Shown in pieces: positions 30,903-38,874 of a stretch of DNA of 64,000 nt. This DNA is from a bacterium (GTDB taxonomy: Bacteria > Chloroflexota > Dormibacteria > Aeolococcales > Bog-877): NCBI GenBank assembly GCA_021785655.1, contig JAJYET010000003.1:34937-98936 (forward strand). Direction: 5' to 3'. Positions within the stretch are counted from its first letter, which is position 1. Every line of letters begins with the position of its first letter. Under the pieces are notes generated by a model. That model did not search any database and was not told the DNA's origin. It saw only the letters and a list, made by a program, of their open reading frames with translations. Position numbers and translations under genes: made by a program.

Positions 30903-31632
30903 CCCCGGCCGCCGGAAGAGGGAACTTGAAGGTGCCCAGGAACAGCTGGAAGTCGGCCCCGGTGGTGGCGGCGCCGCCCTTGGCCACGATCAGGAAGGCC
31001 AGCCCCGGGGAAGCCTGGAAGGCCACTGCCCCCAGGTAGCCATTGGCGGCCGCGAAGGTGACCAGTGACGTGGTCACGCCGTACACGACGACCGCGGAAA
31101 CGCCGGAGGTGGCGGTGCCCGACGGGGCAGCGGGGGGGAGTTGCGCCGTGCTGGCCGCGGTGGTGACGGAGATCGACTCGCCACCGGGACCGTTGAAGTC
31201 GATCGCGCCGGTGGGAAGCTGGGCGAACTGCCACCCAGCGGGATAGAGGACCGACCAGTTGGAGCTGCCACCGGACTGGTAAGTCTGGAAGGAGGCGGTC
31301 GAGGTGTCCTCCGGATTGGAGGTCACCCATCCGGTGGCGGTGTTGCCCCTGACCTCCCACCAGCCTCCCCCGGCGGAGGTCTCGGAGACGATGGGCAGGG
31401 TGACCCCTTGGGAGATCACCTGGATCACGGGGGCCGTGGTGCTCGGCGCCGTCCGGAAGTTCACCCCGTCGGGAGCGATGACCGTGACCGAGGTCGGCGG
31501 GGGCGACGCGGACGGGGTCGGCGACGGCCGAGGTGACGGGCCAGCCGGCCGAGGGCTGCTGGCACCACACCCCGCTACCACCGCCGCCACCACTACCAAA
31601 AGCGTGCAGGTGACAGGGGCCCGCATGTGCAT
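30892..31632 (-). CDS. Lipoprotein with bacterial SH3 (SH3b) domain
   Basis: Signal peptide plus lipobox (LLVVVAAVVAGCGASSP), a Pro/Ser/Thr-rich linker, then VNFRTAPSTTAPVIQVISQGVTLPIVSETSAGGGWWEVRGNTATGWVTSN (SH3_3-like). Confidence 0.65.
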   Translation of the reverse strand: MHMRAPVTCTLLVVVAAVVAGCGASSPRPAGPSPRPSPTPSASPPPTSVTVIAPDGVNFRTAPSTTAPVIQVISQGVTLPIVSETSAGGGWWEVRGNTATGWVTSNPEDTSTASFQTYQSGGSSNWSVLYPAGWQFAQLPTGAIDFNGPGGESISVTTAASTAQLPPAAPSGTATSGVSAVVVYGVTTSLVTFAAANGYLGAVAFQASPGLAFLIVAKGGAATTGADFQLFLGTFKFPLPAAGATP

Positions 31633-31635
31633 AAC

Positions 31636-32472
31636 CTACTCGGATGTCTGCTCGGCTGCCGCGATCCGTTGGTGAAGCTCGGCGGCGGCCCTGCTGGCCG
31701 CCTCGGCGAAGTCTCGGCCCCTGGACGCCGCCGCCACCCCGCGGGACACCGAGATCAGGTAGGAGCCCGCAGTCCCGGCCAGTTCCCGGACACAGGCCTC
31801 CAGATCGCCGCCCTGGGCCCCGACCCCGGGAATGAGCAGGGGAAGGCCAGGGGCCTCCTCCCGCACTCGGCCCAGCTCCTGCGGCCAGGTGGCCCCCACA
31901 ACGAGTCCCGCGGTGCCCGCCGGAGGCTCCCTGTCCCACATCGCCACGGCCTTGGCGACCTGGATGTAGAGGGGAGCGCCCCCTCCGCCGACCGGCAGGT
32001 CCTGGAAGTCCGCGGCGCCGGGATTGCTGGTCCGACAGAGCACGAAGGCGAGGCGGTCGGCCCGGTCCAGGAAGGGGCTGAGCGCGTCTCTCCCCAGGTA
32101 GGGATTCACCGTGCAGGCGTCCGCTCCCAGCCCGTCGAAGATGGCGCGGGCGTAGGCGGCGGCGGTGCTGCCGATGTCCCCCCGCTTGGCGTCTACCACC
32201 ACCAGCGCTCTCCGGCCCGCCGCCTGCACCACTTCCCGAAGGAGTTCCCAGCCCTCATGCCCCAGTTGCTCGAAGAACGCCGAATTGGGCTTGAAGGCCG
32301 CCGCTTGGTCGGCAGTGGCCTCGATCAGCTCTAGGCAGAATCGCCGCACCGCGCCCACACCAACCCCGAGGTGGGGCGGCAGGGAAGCGGGCTCCGGGTC
32401 GATGCCGACACACAGTCGGGATGTGGAGGCAGCCAGCCGGTCTCGGAACGGTTCCCGCGATCCCCCTACCAC
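31636..32472 (-). CDS. pyrF: Orotidine 5'-phosphate decarboxylase (type 2, long form)
   Basis: LCVGIDPEPASLP...VVVDAKRGDIGSTAAAYARAIF...ADACTVNPYLGRDAL matches type-2 OMP decarboxylase. GTG start. Confidence 0.8.
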   Translation of the reverse strand: MVGGSREPFRDRLAASTSRLCVGIDPEPASLPPHLGVGVGAVRRFCLELIEATADQAAAFKPNSAFFEQLGHEGWELLREVVQAAGRRALVVVDAKRGDIGSTAAAYARAIFDGLGADACTVNPYLGRDALSPFLDRADRLAFVLCRTSNPGAADFQDLPVGGGGAPLYIQVAKAVAMWDREPPAGTAGLVVGATWPQELGRVREEAPGLPLLIPGVGAQGGDLEACVRELAGTAGSYLISVSRGVAAASRGRDFAEAASRAAAELHQRIAAAEQTSE

Positions 32473-32660
32473 GAAGTCCGGGAGGTACTGGTCTGCGCTG
32501 CCCCCGGGGCCTGGGGGGCGTACGGAATCTGAATCCGGTCATGCTGAGATTGCATGCAGCCGGAGCAGACGGAGCTGATCTCCCCATCGAGGAGCACCGC
32601 TGCCAGCCGGTAGATCGGGAACTCCCGGCCGCAGTTGGCGCAGCGCCGCATCCAGGGCAT
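32466..32660 (-). CDS. Small zinc-ribbon protein (CxxC-x21-CxxC), 64 aa
   Basis: MPWMRRCANCGREFPIYRLAAVLLDGEISSVCSGC... The ATG at 32660 is preceded by GAGGAGG at -9, GC3 is high, and the stop overlaps the pyrF GTG by 7 nt. Confidence 0.45.
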   Translation of the reverse strand: MPWMRRCANCGREFPIYRLAAVLLDGEISSVCSGCMQSQHDRIQIPYAPQAPGAAQTSTSRTSW

Positions 32661-32728
32661 GGCCGGGCCTCCTCAGCTTTGGTGTCCGGGGCCGATTATA
32701 GGTGTTTTGTTATGCTCTCCGAGTTCGA

Positions 32729-32805
32729 CGGGGAGTGGCGCAGATGGTTAGCGCACCAGTCTGGGGGACTGGGGGTCGCAGGTTCGAGTCCTGTCTCCCC
32801 GACCA
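32729..32805 (+). tRNA. tRNA-Pro (anticodon GGG)
   Basis: Hand-folded cloverleaf with acceptor CGGGGAG/CTCCCCG, D-arm GCGC-AGATGGTTA-GCGC, anticodon stem CCAGT/ACTGG with loop CUGGGGG (GGG at 34-36, G37), T-arm GCAGG-TTCGAGT-CCTGT, discriminator A and an encoded CCA. Confidence 0.85.
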
Positions 32806-33127
32806 CTCCCAAGACCCCCCTCTTCGGGCGGGGCCTGACTAGCTCGACAGCGCCACAGGTGAGGCCCGAACGAGGTCAAATCCGCCGAGGCCGCGTGACC
32901 ACAGGGCGAACTGGATGGCGTCCCTACTTCCGAACGGCTCGGCGCTGACACCCCGGGCACCTCGCTGGTGGTTTTCGGCACATCCCCGTCCGTCTGGTGA
33001 CCGCGGAGCCAGCCGCGAAGAGGCGAAGGCGACGTCCGACCGCAAGCTTTCTCGTCCCCCTTGCCGCGTGCCATGATTTCTTCGACGCCGGCGGCGTGGT
33101 TCGCACCGTTGAGACGGTCCACAACAA

Positions 33128-34084
33128 TTGAGGTCCCCACCCATGACAACGGATAGCGCGTCCGGCCACTCCGCGCCCTTCTTCGGTTCTCAGCGCGACT
33201 TCTGGTGGAACGAGGACTTCGTCGGATTGGTCGTTGAGCGCCTGGGCCTTACCGGCACGCGATCAGTTCTGGACGTGGGCTGCGGGTTGGGCCACTGGTC
33301 TCGGGTGCTCTCCCGGGTGCTCCCCGCGGTTTCGGAGATCACGGGCATCGACCCAGAAGGAGCATGGGTCAGGCAGGCGCGCCTGGTTGATGCGGACCGT
33401 GGGCGGCCAATACAGGCTTCCGTGGACCGGGGATGGGGGGAGCGGCTTCCCTACCCCGACGCGCGCTTCGACCTCGTCACCTGCCAGACCGTCCTGATCC
33501 ATGTGGCGGACGTACCGACGGTACTGCGCGAGATGTGCCGGGTTGTTCAGCCCGGTGGAACGGTGCTCGTGGCCGAGCCTAACAACTTGGCCGGCCAGCT
33601 CGTTCGCTCGAGCGTCTCGGCCCAGAACGACCCGGAGGCACTCGCCTCCTCGATCCACTTCTACGCCACGTGTGAAGCCGGAAAGATCAAGGTTGGAGAA
33701 GGAAACACCTCCGTCGGAGATCTCCTGCCTGGCTATTTCGCCGAGGCGGGGCTCGATCTCGTGGGGTGCTACCTCTCGGACAAGTCGTCGCCGCTGTGGC
33801 CGCCGTACTCCTCTCCTGAGCAGGCCGCTTTGGTACGGGCGATCGAAGCTGCAGCCGAAGACGAGCGATGTCCGTGGAACAGGGACGAGGCTCGCCGATA
33901 CTTTCTCGCTGGTGGCGGCAGTGAGGCTGCGTTTGCGGAAGCCTGGTCGACGAGGGTCCGGGCGGTTCAGGCGGACTTAGCCGCGGTTCAGAGCGGATCG
34001 TTCTGGTCGGGTGGCGGGCAACTGATGTACCTCGTCGGGGGCCAGAAGCGCCCGACGGTAAAGCAGCCGACTACCGAGAGTTGA
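33128..34084 (+). CDS. Class I SAM-dependent methyltransferase
   Basis: VLDVGCGLGHWSRVL (motif I, GxGxG), DLVTCQTVLIHVAD, VVQPGGTVLVAEPN. The start could be ATG 33143 (MTTDSASG). Confidence 0.7.
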   Translation: MRSPPMTTDSASGHSAPFFGSQRDFWWNEDFVGLVVERLGLTGTRSVLDVGCGLGHWSRVLSRVLPAVSEITGIDPEGAWVRQARLVDADRGRPIQASVDRGWGERLPYPDARFDLVTCQTVLIHVADVPTVLREMCRVVQPGGTVLVAEPNNLAGQLVRSSVSAQNDPEALASSIHFYATCEAGKIKVGEGNTSVGDLLPGYFAEAGLDLVGCYLSDKSSPLWPPYSSPEQAALVRAIEAAAEDERCPWNRDEARRYFLAGGGSEAAFAEAWSTRVRAVQADLAAVQSGSFWSGGGQLMYLVGGQKRPTVKQPTTES

Positions 34085-34489
34085 GGGGAGTCCCGAAGAA
34101 AGCTCTACATCCCCGCGCCGCCCATCTGAGCTCTTCGTCCACCTTGGCCAGGCATTCCTGCTCCTGCAGCTCCCGCGGCTTGAAGCCCCCAGCGGGTACC
34201 GAGGGACCCAGGTTCCGCTGCCTCTCCACGTCCCCTGGCCCGGGACCGACGGCCTTCAAGGAGCCCGCTGCCTGCACCCTCTTGAGCCAGCATGCCCATG
34301 AGAGGGCTTCCTCGCAGGGCGTTGACGCCGCAGTGAAGTCGCCGGGCACCATACCCGTCAGCAGACCGCAGGCCGCCAGGCTGAGGCCCCGCCATTGACC
34401 ACGATACTTCGGTTATTGGACCGGCGGGATGCATTCGAGGAGGTTGCCTGCGGGCGTGGTCCACCCGCAGGGGGTAGGAGGGCTGTGGG

Positions 34490-34873
34490 TTGCCAAGGTA
34501 TCTGATCTCCTTCAACGCCCGGGCGATGGACCACATCCCCGAGGAGGACATGCCTTCTGTGGCAGCGGCGGCACACGCCGTAATCCAGGAGGCGCTGAGC
34601 GCGGGCGTCTACATCTTCAGCGGAGGGCTCGAGAACCAGAGAGCGAGCATCGTGGGCTCTGACGGGATGGTGACCGAGGGGCCGCACCCGGAGGCCATCG
34701 GCGGAGCGGCGATCGTCGACGTTTCCGCACACGATGAAGCGCTCGAGTGGGCCGGGAAGATCGCGGTCGCCTGTCGCTGCCCGCAGGAAGTCAGGGCGTT
34801 TGCGCAAGACCCCGAGCTCGCCCAGATGCTCCGCCAAGTTGAAACCCCAAGGCGACCTCCCGGCGACGTTTGA
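34490..34873 (+). CDS. YciI-like (DGPF/YCII-related) small protein
   Basis: MPRYLISFNARAMDHIPEEDMPSVAAAAHAVIQEALSAGVYIFSGGLE... is 127 aa. The TTG start is preceded by AGGAGG at -7. Confidence 0.6.
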   Translation: MPRYLISFNARAMDHIPEEDMPSVAAAAHAVIQEALSAGVYIFSGGLENQRASIVGSDGMVTEGPHPEAIGGAAIVDVSAHDEALEWAGKIAVACRCPQEVRAFAQDPELAQMLRQVETPRRPPGDV

Positions 34874-35647
34874 TCCCTTGTGACCTGCCACTCTCTCCCA
34901 GGCTGGCCCCACCTGGATCACCTCGAGGCGACGCCCAGGGTCAGCGGGGCCACCAGCGCGATCAAGTCGGCGACCCACCCACCACGAAGTGAGGCCGAAC
35001 CCGGGCGCCGCGATTGGTGCGGTGCTGCGGGGGCCCGCCACCGATTCCGGCCAGCAGGGATTCGCGGTGACGGCCCCAACTATAGCCCCCATGTGGCTCC
35101 CCGCCAGACGACGACACTCTGACTCCGCTGGGGCTGCGGCGCACCGGATCCTTCAAGTCCGGTTCTCGGCCCCGACAGCACGACAGCCCCGCCAGCTTGA
35201 GCGCGACCCCGGCTCCGGTTCCTCCGGCTGCCGAGGAGCCGCGCCCGGTACGCGCCACCTGGCGGGCAGTGCCACTGCATCTCAGTGCCCCGAGCTGCTC
35301 CCGGATTGGTGTCTACTCGCCCCGTCGCCCAGGCAGGACCGGCGCCCCACCGTCCAGACCGGGCCGTCCGCACTTTCACCCTGGCCAACTGGACCGGGTG
35401 GGTCCCGCTCCGTGTTGCCGGGCTCGGCGTCGGCCATGGGTTGCGCCGACTCCCTGTTCCAGCTACACTCGCGGCCACAACCAAGGGCGAGCCTACAGGT
35501 CGGGTGCGGACGGCGCCACTCTGGGGAGAGGCAAGGTCACGCGGAATCAGTGAGCCATCGGATCCACCAATCAGCCGGCCGCCCCCTGCTGGTGCAGGCG
35601 TCGGGGACGGAGCCGGTGCCATCAGTGTGTTCGTGGAGGGAAACACC

Positions 35648-37381
35648 ATGCACCTGTTAGATCGTCGAATGCGAATTCTGACCCGGCTGGGGGCCATTCT
35701 CGGAGCTGTGGCAGTGGTTTCCGCGGCCCAGTTGAGCGCAGGACCAGCTGTCGCTGCCGGGGGCGGATGGGTTAAGGCGCCCGCACAGGGTGAGCTGGAC
35801 TGCAACGGGTACAGCACGGTGCAGAAGTCGATCAAAGTCACGCTCCCCTGCACCGATCCTCACGGAGCCAACGGGTCACGCTTCTTCGACAACGGCTACT
35901 ACGTGGGCCACGACGAGCCCAACCTCCGGTTCGTGTCCAACGCCCCCGGATCCGGAGACAACGTCACCTGGACCCAGACGCTGCCCGTGGACCCGACATC
36001 CACCCCAACCGTCAGCACGCCGGGCAGCGACGTGACCCACTTCTTTGAGCTCTCCGTGGCGCCCTGGTTCTCCATGGCCATCTGCGACCCCAACTCCTAC
36101 CCGCAGACGCCGTGCACGCCCATGAGCAACTCCAATGCCCCCTCTGGCACCTACCCAGGAGGCGGAAGCGCGTTCATGGAGCTGCAGTTCTACCCGCCCG
36201 GGTTTGCCCCCTTCGTGAACAGCATCAGCTGCAACATCCCAGGCAGCACCACCCCGCTCACCGACGGGAACGGGGGATGGTGCGCGGCGCTCACCATCGA
36301 CAGTCTGGAGTGCACCAACCAGTTCAATTACTGCAACCCCGCGTGCACCGAGCCGGTCAACTTCGCCTTCATCCAGAAGAACGGCGTGCCCACCGGCCCC
36401 CCCAGCCCCCAGAGCGCCAACCTCTTGACCTTCACCCCTAACTCCCAAACCCTGTTCTTCTCTCCCGGGGATACGATCACGACCCAAATCTTCGACAACC
36501 CAAGACTGAAGGCGCTCGAGGCCATAGTCACGGACGACACGACGCACCAGAGCGGGTACATGGTGGCGGACGCCGGCAACGGCTTCCAGAACACCAACTA
36601 CCAGACCTGCGCCGGCACGCCGTTCAACTTCCAGCCCGAGTACAACTCCGCGGCCGCACCCAACTTCGTGCCGTGGGCGGCCTTGACGACCGACATCAGC
36701 ACCACCTTCGAGATCGGCCACTTCACTCCCTGCACCTCGCTGAGCAACCCTGTACGCGGGACGAGCGGGTACAACGTATGCAATGGTGCCTACGAGTCCG
36801 CCACCACACGGGACGGAGCCGTGGCACCGGCAACCCACACGCCGATCGAGGCATCGAAGGGAGATGGGCCCTGCTTCCCTGCGGGCGACACGCACGGCCT
36901 CGGGGGATCGGGAGGCGAGACGACGGCCCCCAACCTGGTGACCGGCTGCGACAACTTCAACAACGGAGGCGACCTGGACTACGATGGCACACCCTACTGG
37001 CCGGACTGGCCCACCGGGACCAGCCCCACCAGCTTCCCCTCCACCATGGTGATCCAGCCTCCTGGTTTCGGGAAGAGGTCGCAGGGGTACAGCCAGGTCG
37101 AGTTCGAGACTGACAACCCAGCCTCAGACTTCCTCTGCAACGTCAGCACCGGGCTGGGCTGCAGCGTCCCACCCCCCGGCCCGGGGAAGTTCTACCCGTA
37201 CTGGAGCCAGGTCTCGGGCGGCGGCTCAGCCTGCGTCTGGGAGTTCGGCAACATCGGAGGGACTGACTTCGGAGGAGCCGCGCAGTATGGCTCGGCCGGC
37301 GCCTCCGGCAACGGTTACAACGGCACCGACGGCAGCTCGCTGATGCCCCTCACCTCTGGGGGGTGCGTGGCCAGCTCCTGA
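35648..37381 (+). CDS. Secreted cysteine-rich hypothetical protein (577 aa) with signal peptide, possibly Tat-type
   Basis: ATG at 35648 is preceded by GGAGGG. MHLLDRRMRILTRLGAILGAVAVVSAAQLSAGPAVAA is the signal peptide. The mature part is N/G/T/S/P/F/Y-rich with about 30 Cys and very few Lys/Arg/Glu. I recognised no domain. The ORF-track start at 35285 is an upstream extension. Confidence 0.6.
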   Translation: MHLLDRRMRILTRLGAILGAVAVVSAAQLSAGPAVAAGGGWVKAPAQGELDCNGYSTVQKSIKVTLPCTDPHGANGSRFFDNGYYVGHDEPNLRFVSNAPGSGDNVTWTQTLPVDPTSTPTVSTPGSDVTHFFELSVAPWFSMAICDPNSYPQTPCTPMSNSNAPSGTYPGGGSAFMELQFYPPGFAPFVNSISCNIPGSTTPLTDGNGGWCAALTIDSLECTNQFNYCNPACTEPVNFAFIQKNGVPTGPPSPQSANLLTFTPNSQTLFFSPGDTITTQIFDNPRLKALEAIVTDDTTHQSGYMVADAGNGFQNTNYQTCAGTPFNFQPEYNSAAAPNFVPWAALTTDISTTFEIGHFTPCTSLSNPVRGTSGYNVCNGAYESATTRDGAVAPATHTPIEASKGDGPCFPAGDTHGLGGSGGETTAPNLVTGCDNFNNGGDLDYDGTPYWPDWPTGTSPTSFPSTMVIQPPGFGKRSQGYSQVEFETDNPASDFLCNVSTGLGCSVPPPGPGKFYPYWSQVSGGGSACVWEFGNIGGTDFGGAAQYGSAGASGNGYNGTDGSSLMPLTSGGCVASS

Positions 37382-37399
37382 GGCCGGTTACCGACTGAG

Positions 37400-37434
37400 C
37401 CCCCGGGGCGGGTGCCCAAGGCGCCCGCCCCGGG
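37400..37434. terminator. GC-rich hairpin CCCCCGGGGCGGGTGCC-CAAG-GCGCCCGCCCCGGG, candidate bidirectional terminator
   Basis: A 14-bp near-perfect stem with a 4-nt loop lies 18 nt after the secreted-protein stop and 38 nt before the convergent der stop. It has no U-tract, which is common in high-GC genomes. Confidence 0.4.
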
Positions 37435-37471
37435 ATTCGCCGCTGTCCATGGGCCCCGTCCCCGAAGTGGA

Positions 37472-38797
37472 TTACCCGGACCCGGTGGACTTCCTGGTCA
37501 AGAGCCGGATCGGGACGCCGGCGAACCCGAACCGCTGCCGGAGCTGATTTTCCAAGTAGCGGGAGTAGCTGAAGTGCAGCAGCTCGGGATCGTTGACGAA
37601 GAGGACGAAGGTGGGTACCTGGCTTCTGGCCTGGGTGGCGTAGTACAGGCGCAGGCGGCGCCCCGACTTTCCGCTCGGGGGCGGCCTTCGCTCCATCATC
37701 GCGCCGAAGGCACCGTTGAGTTCCGGGGTGGGGATCCGGGCGGCCCTTGCCCGGGCCAGGCTGAAGATCGCCGGTACCACGCGCTGCAGCCCCCGACCGG
37801 TGAGCGCGCTGACGTAGAGGAACGGGGTGCCCGGGGCGAAGTCGTAGGCCGCGCGGAGCTCCCGCAGGAGCGCCCGGTCCGATCGCTCATCGTGGTCCAA
37901 GAGGTCCCACTTGTTCAGGACCACCAGGGTGGCGGCCCCGGCTTCCCGCGCCTGCCCGGCGATGTGGCGGTCCTGGGCCAGGAACGGCTTCTGGGCATCC
38001 ACCACCACCATGGCAACGTCGGCCCGCTCCACCGCCCTCAGGGCCCGCACCAAGCTGTAGAACTCCACATCCTTGGTCACCCCCGGGCGGCGGATTCCCG
38101 CCGTGTCGACCAGTAGAAGGGGACCCTCCTCGGTCTCCAACCAGGTGTCCACCGGATCCCGGGTGGTGCCGGAGACCGCGCTCACCAAGGATCGGTCCTG
38201 CCCAAGGAGGGAGTTGAGGATCGAGGACTTGCCGACGTTGGGACGGCCCACGATGGCGCAGCGCACCATCTCCCCCTGTGGAGCCTCCTCCTCAGCCACC
38301 AGGGGCAGCCGGTCGAGAAGCAGGTCCAGCAGGTCACCCGTGCCCACTCCGGAGATGGCACTCACCGGGACCGGGTCGCCCAACCCGAGCCGATAGAGGT
38401 CATTCAGCTCCAGGGAGTCGGGCCTCCCCTCGCTCTTGTTGGCGACGAGCAGGACCGGCTGAGGGGCGCGCCGGAGCTGGTCCACAACGTCCAGGTCGGC
38501 CGCGGTGATACCCTCCCGCTGATCGATGAGGAGGCAGATCACGTCCGCCTGCTCGATGGCGGCCTGGGCCTGGGCCTGGGTGTTGGCGGGCAGGTCAAGC
38601 TCCGGACCGTCCCGGACCACCCTGTCCAGGCCGGCGGTGTCGACCAGTCCAAATGTCCTCCCCCCCCACTCGACACGCCCGTAGATGCGGTCCCGGGTGA
38701 GGCCCGGCTGAGGGGAGACGATCGCCCGGCGCTGGCCGGTGAGCCGGTTGAAGAGCGTGGACTTGCCCACGTTGGGCCTTCCCACCAGCGCCACCAA
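37472..38797 (-). CDS. der: Ribosome-associated GTPase Der (EngA)
   Basis: Two tandem GTPase domains (LVALVGRPNVGKSTLFNRL and CAIVGRPNVGKSSILNSL) plus a KH-like C-terminus. The start was moved to TTG/GTG at 38797/38794 (LVALVG). The ORF-track N-terminus overlaps gpmI and is His/Arg/Gly-rich. Confidence 0.8.
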   Translation of the reverse strand: MVALVGRPNVGKSTLFNRLTGQRRAIVSPQPGLTRDRIYGRVEWGGRTFGLVDTAGLDRVVRDGPELDLPANTQAQAQAAIEQADVICLLIDQREGITAADLDVVDQLRRAPQPVLLVANKSEGRPDSLELNDLYRLGLGDPVPVSAISGVGTGDLLDLLLDRLPLVAEEEAPQGEMVRCAIVGRPNVGKSSILNSLLGQDRSLVSAVSGTTRDPVDTWLETEEGPLLLVDTAGIRRPGVTKDVEFYSLVRALRAVERADVAMVVVDAQKPFLAQDRHIAGQAREAGAATLVVLNKWDLLDHDERSDRALLRELRAAYDFAPGTPFLYVSALTGRGLQRVVPAIFSLARARAARIPTPELNGAFGAMMERRPPPSGKSGRRLRLYYATQARSQVPTFVLFVNDPELLHFSYSRYLENQLRQRFGFAGVPIRLLTRKSTGSG

Positions 38798-38874
38798 GGG
38801 CAGGGCGCCCGGAGTTATGGGGAACGTTTGGTCCGGTCCCGCATGCCCGCGCCGGCGGACCCGCGAGGGCGGGG

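Noticed and set aside
30851-31939. 362-aa minus-strand ORF overlapping the lipoprotein gene and pyrF
   Set aside because: It is in a different frame from the SH3b lipoprotein and pyrF, which have clear motifs, and it is Gly/Arg-rich junk spanning two real genes.
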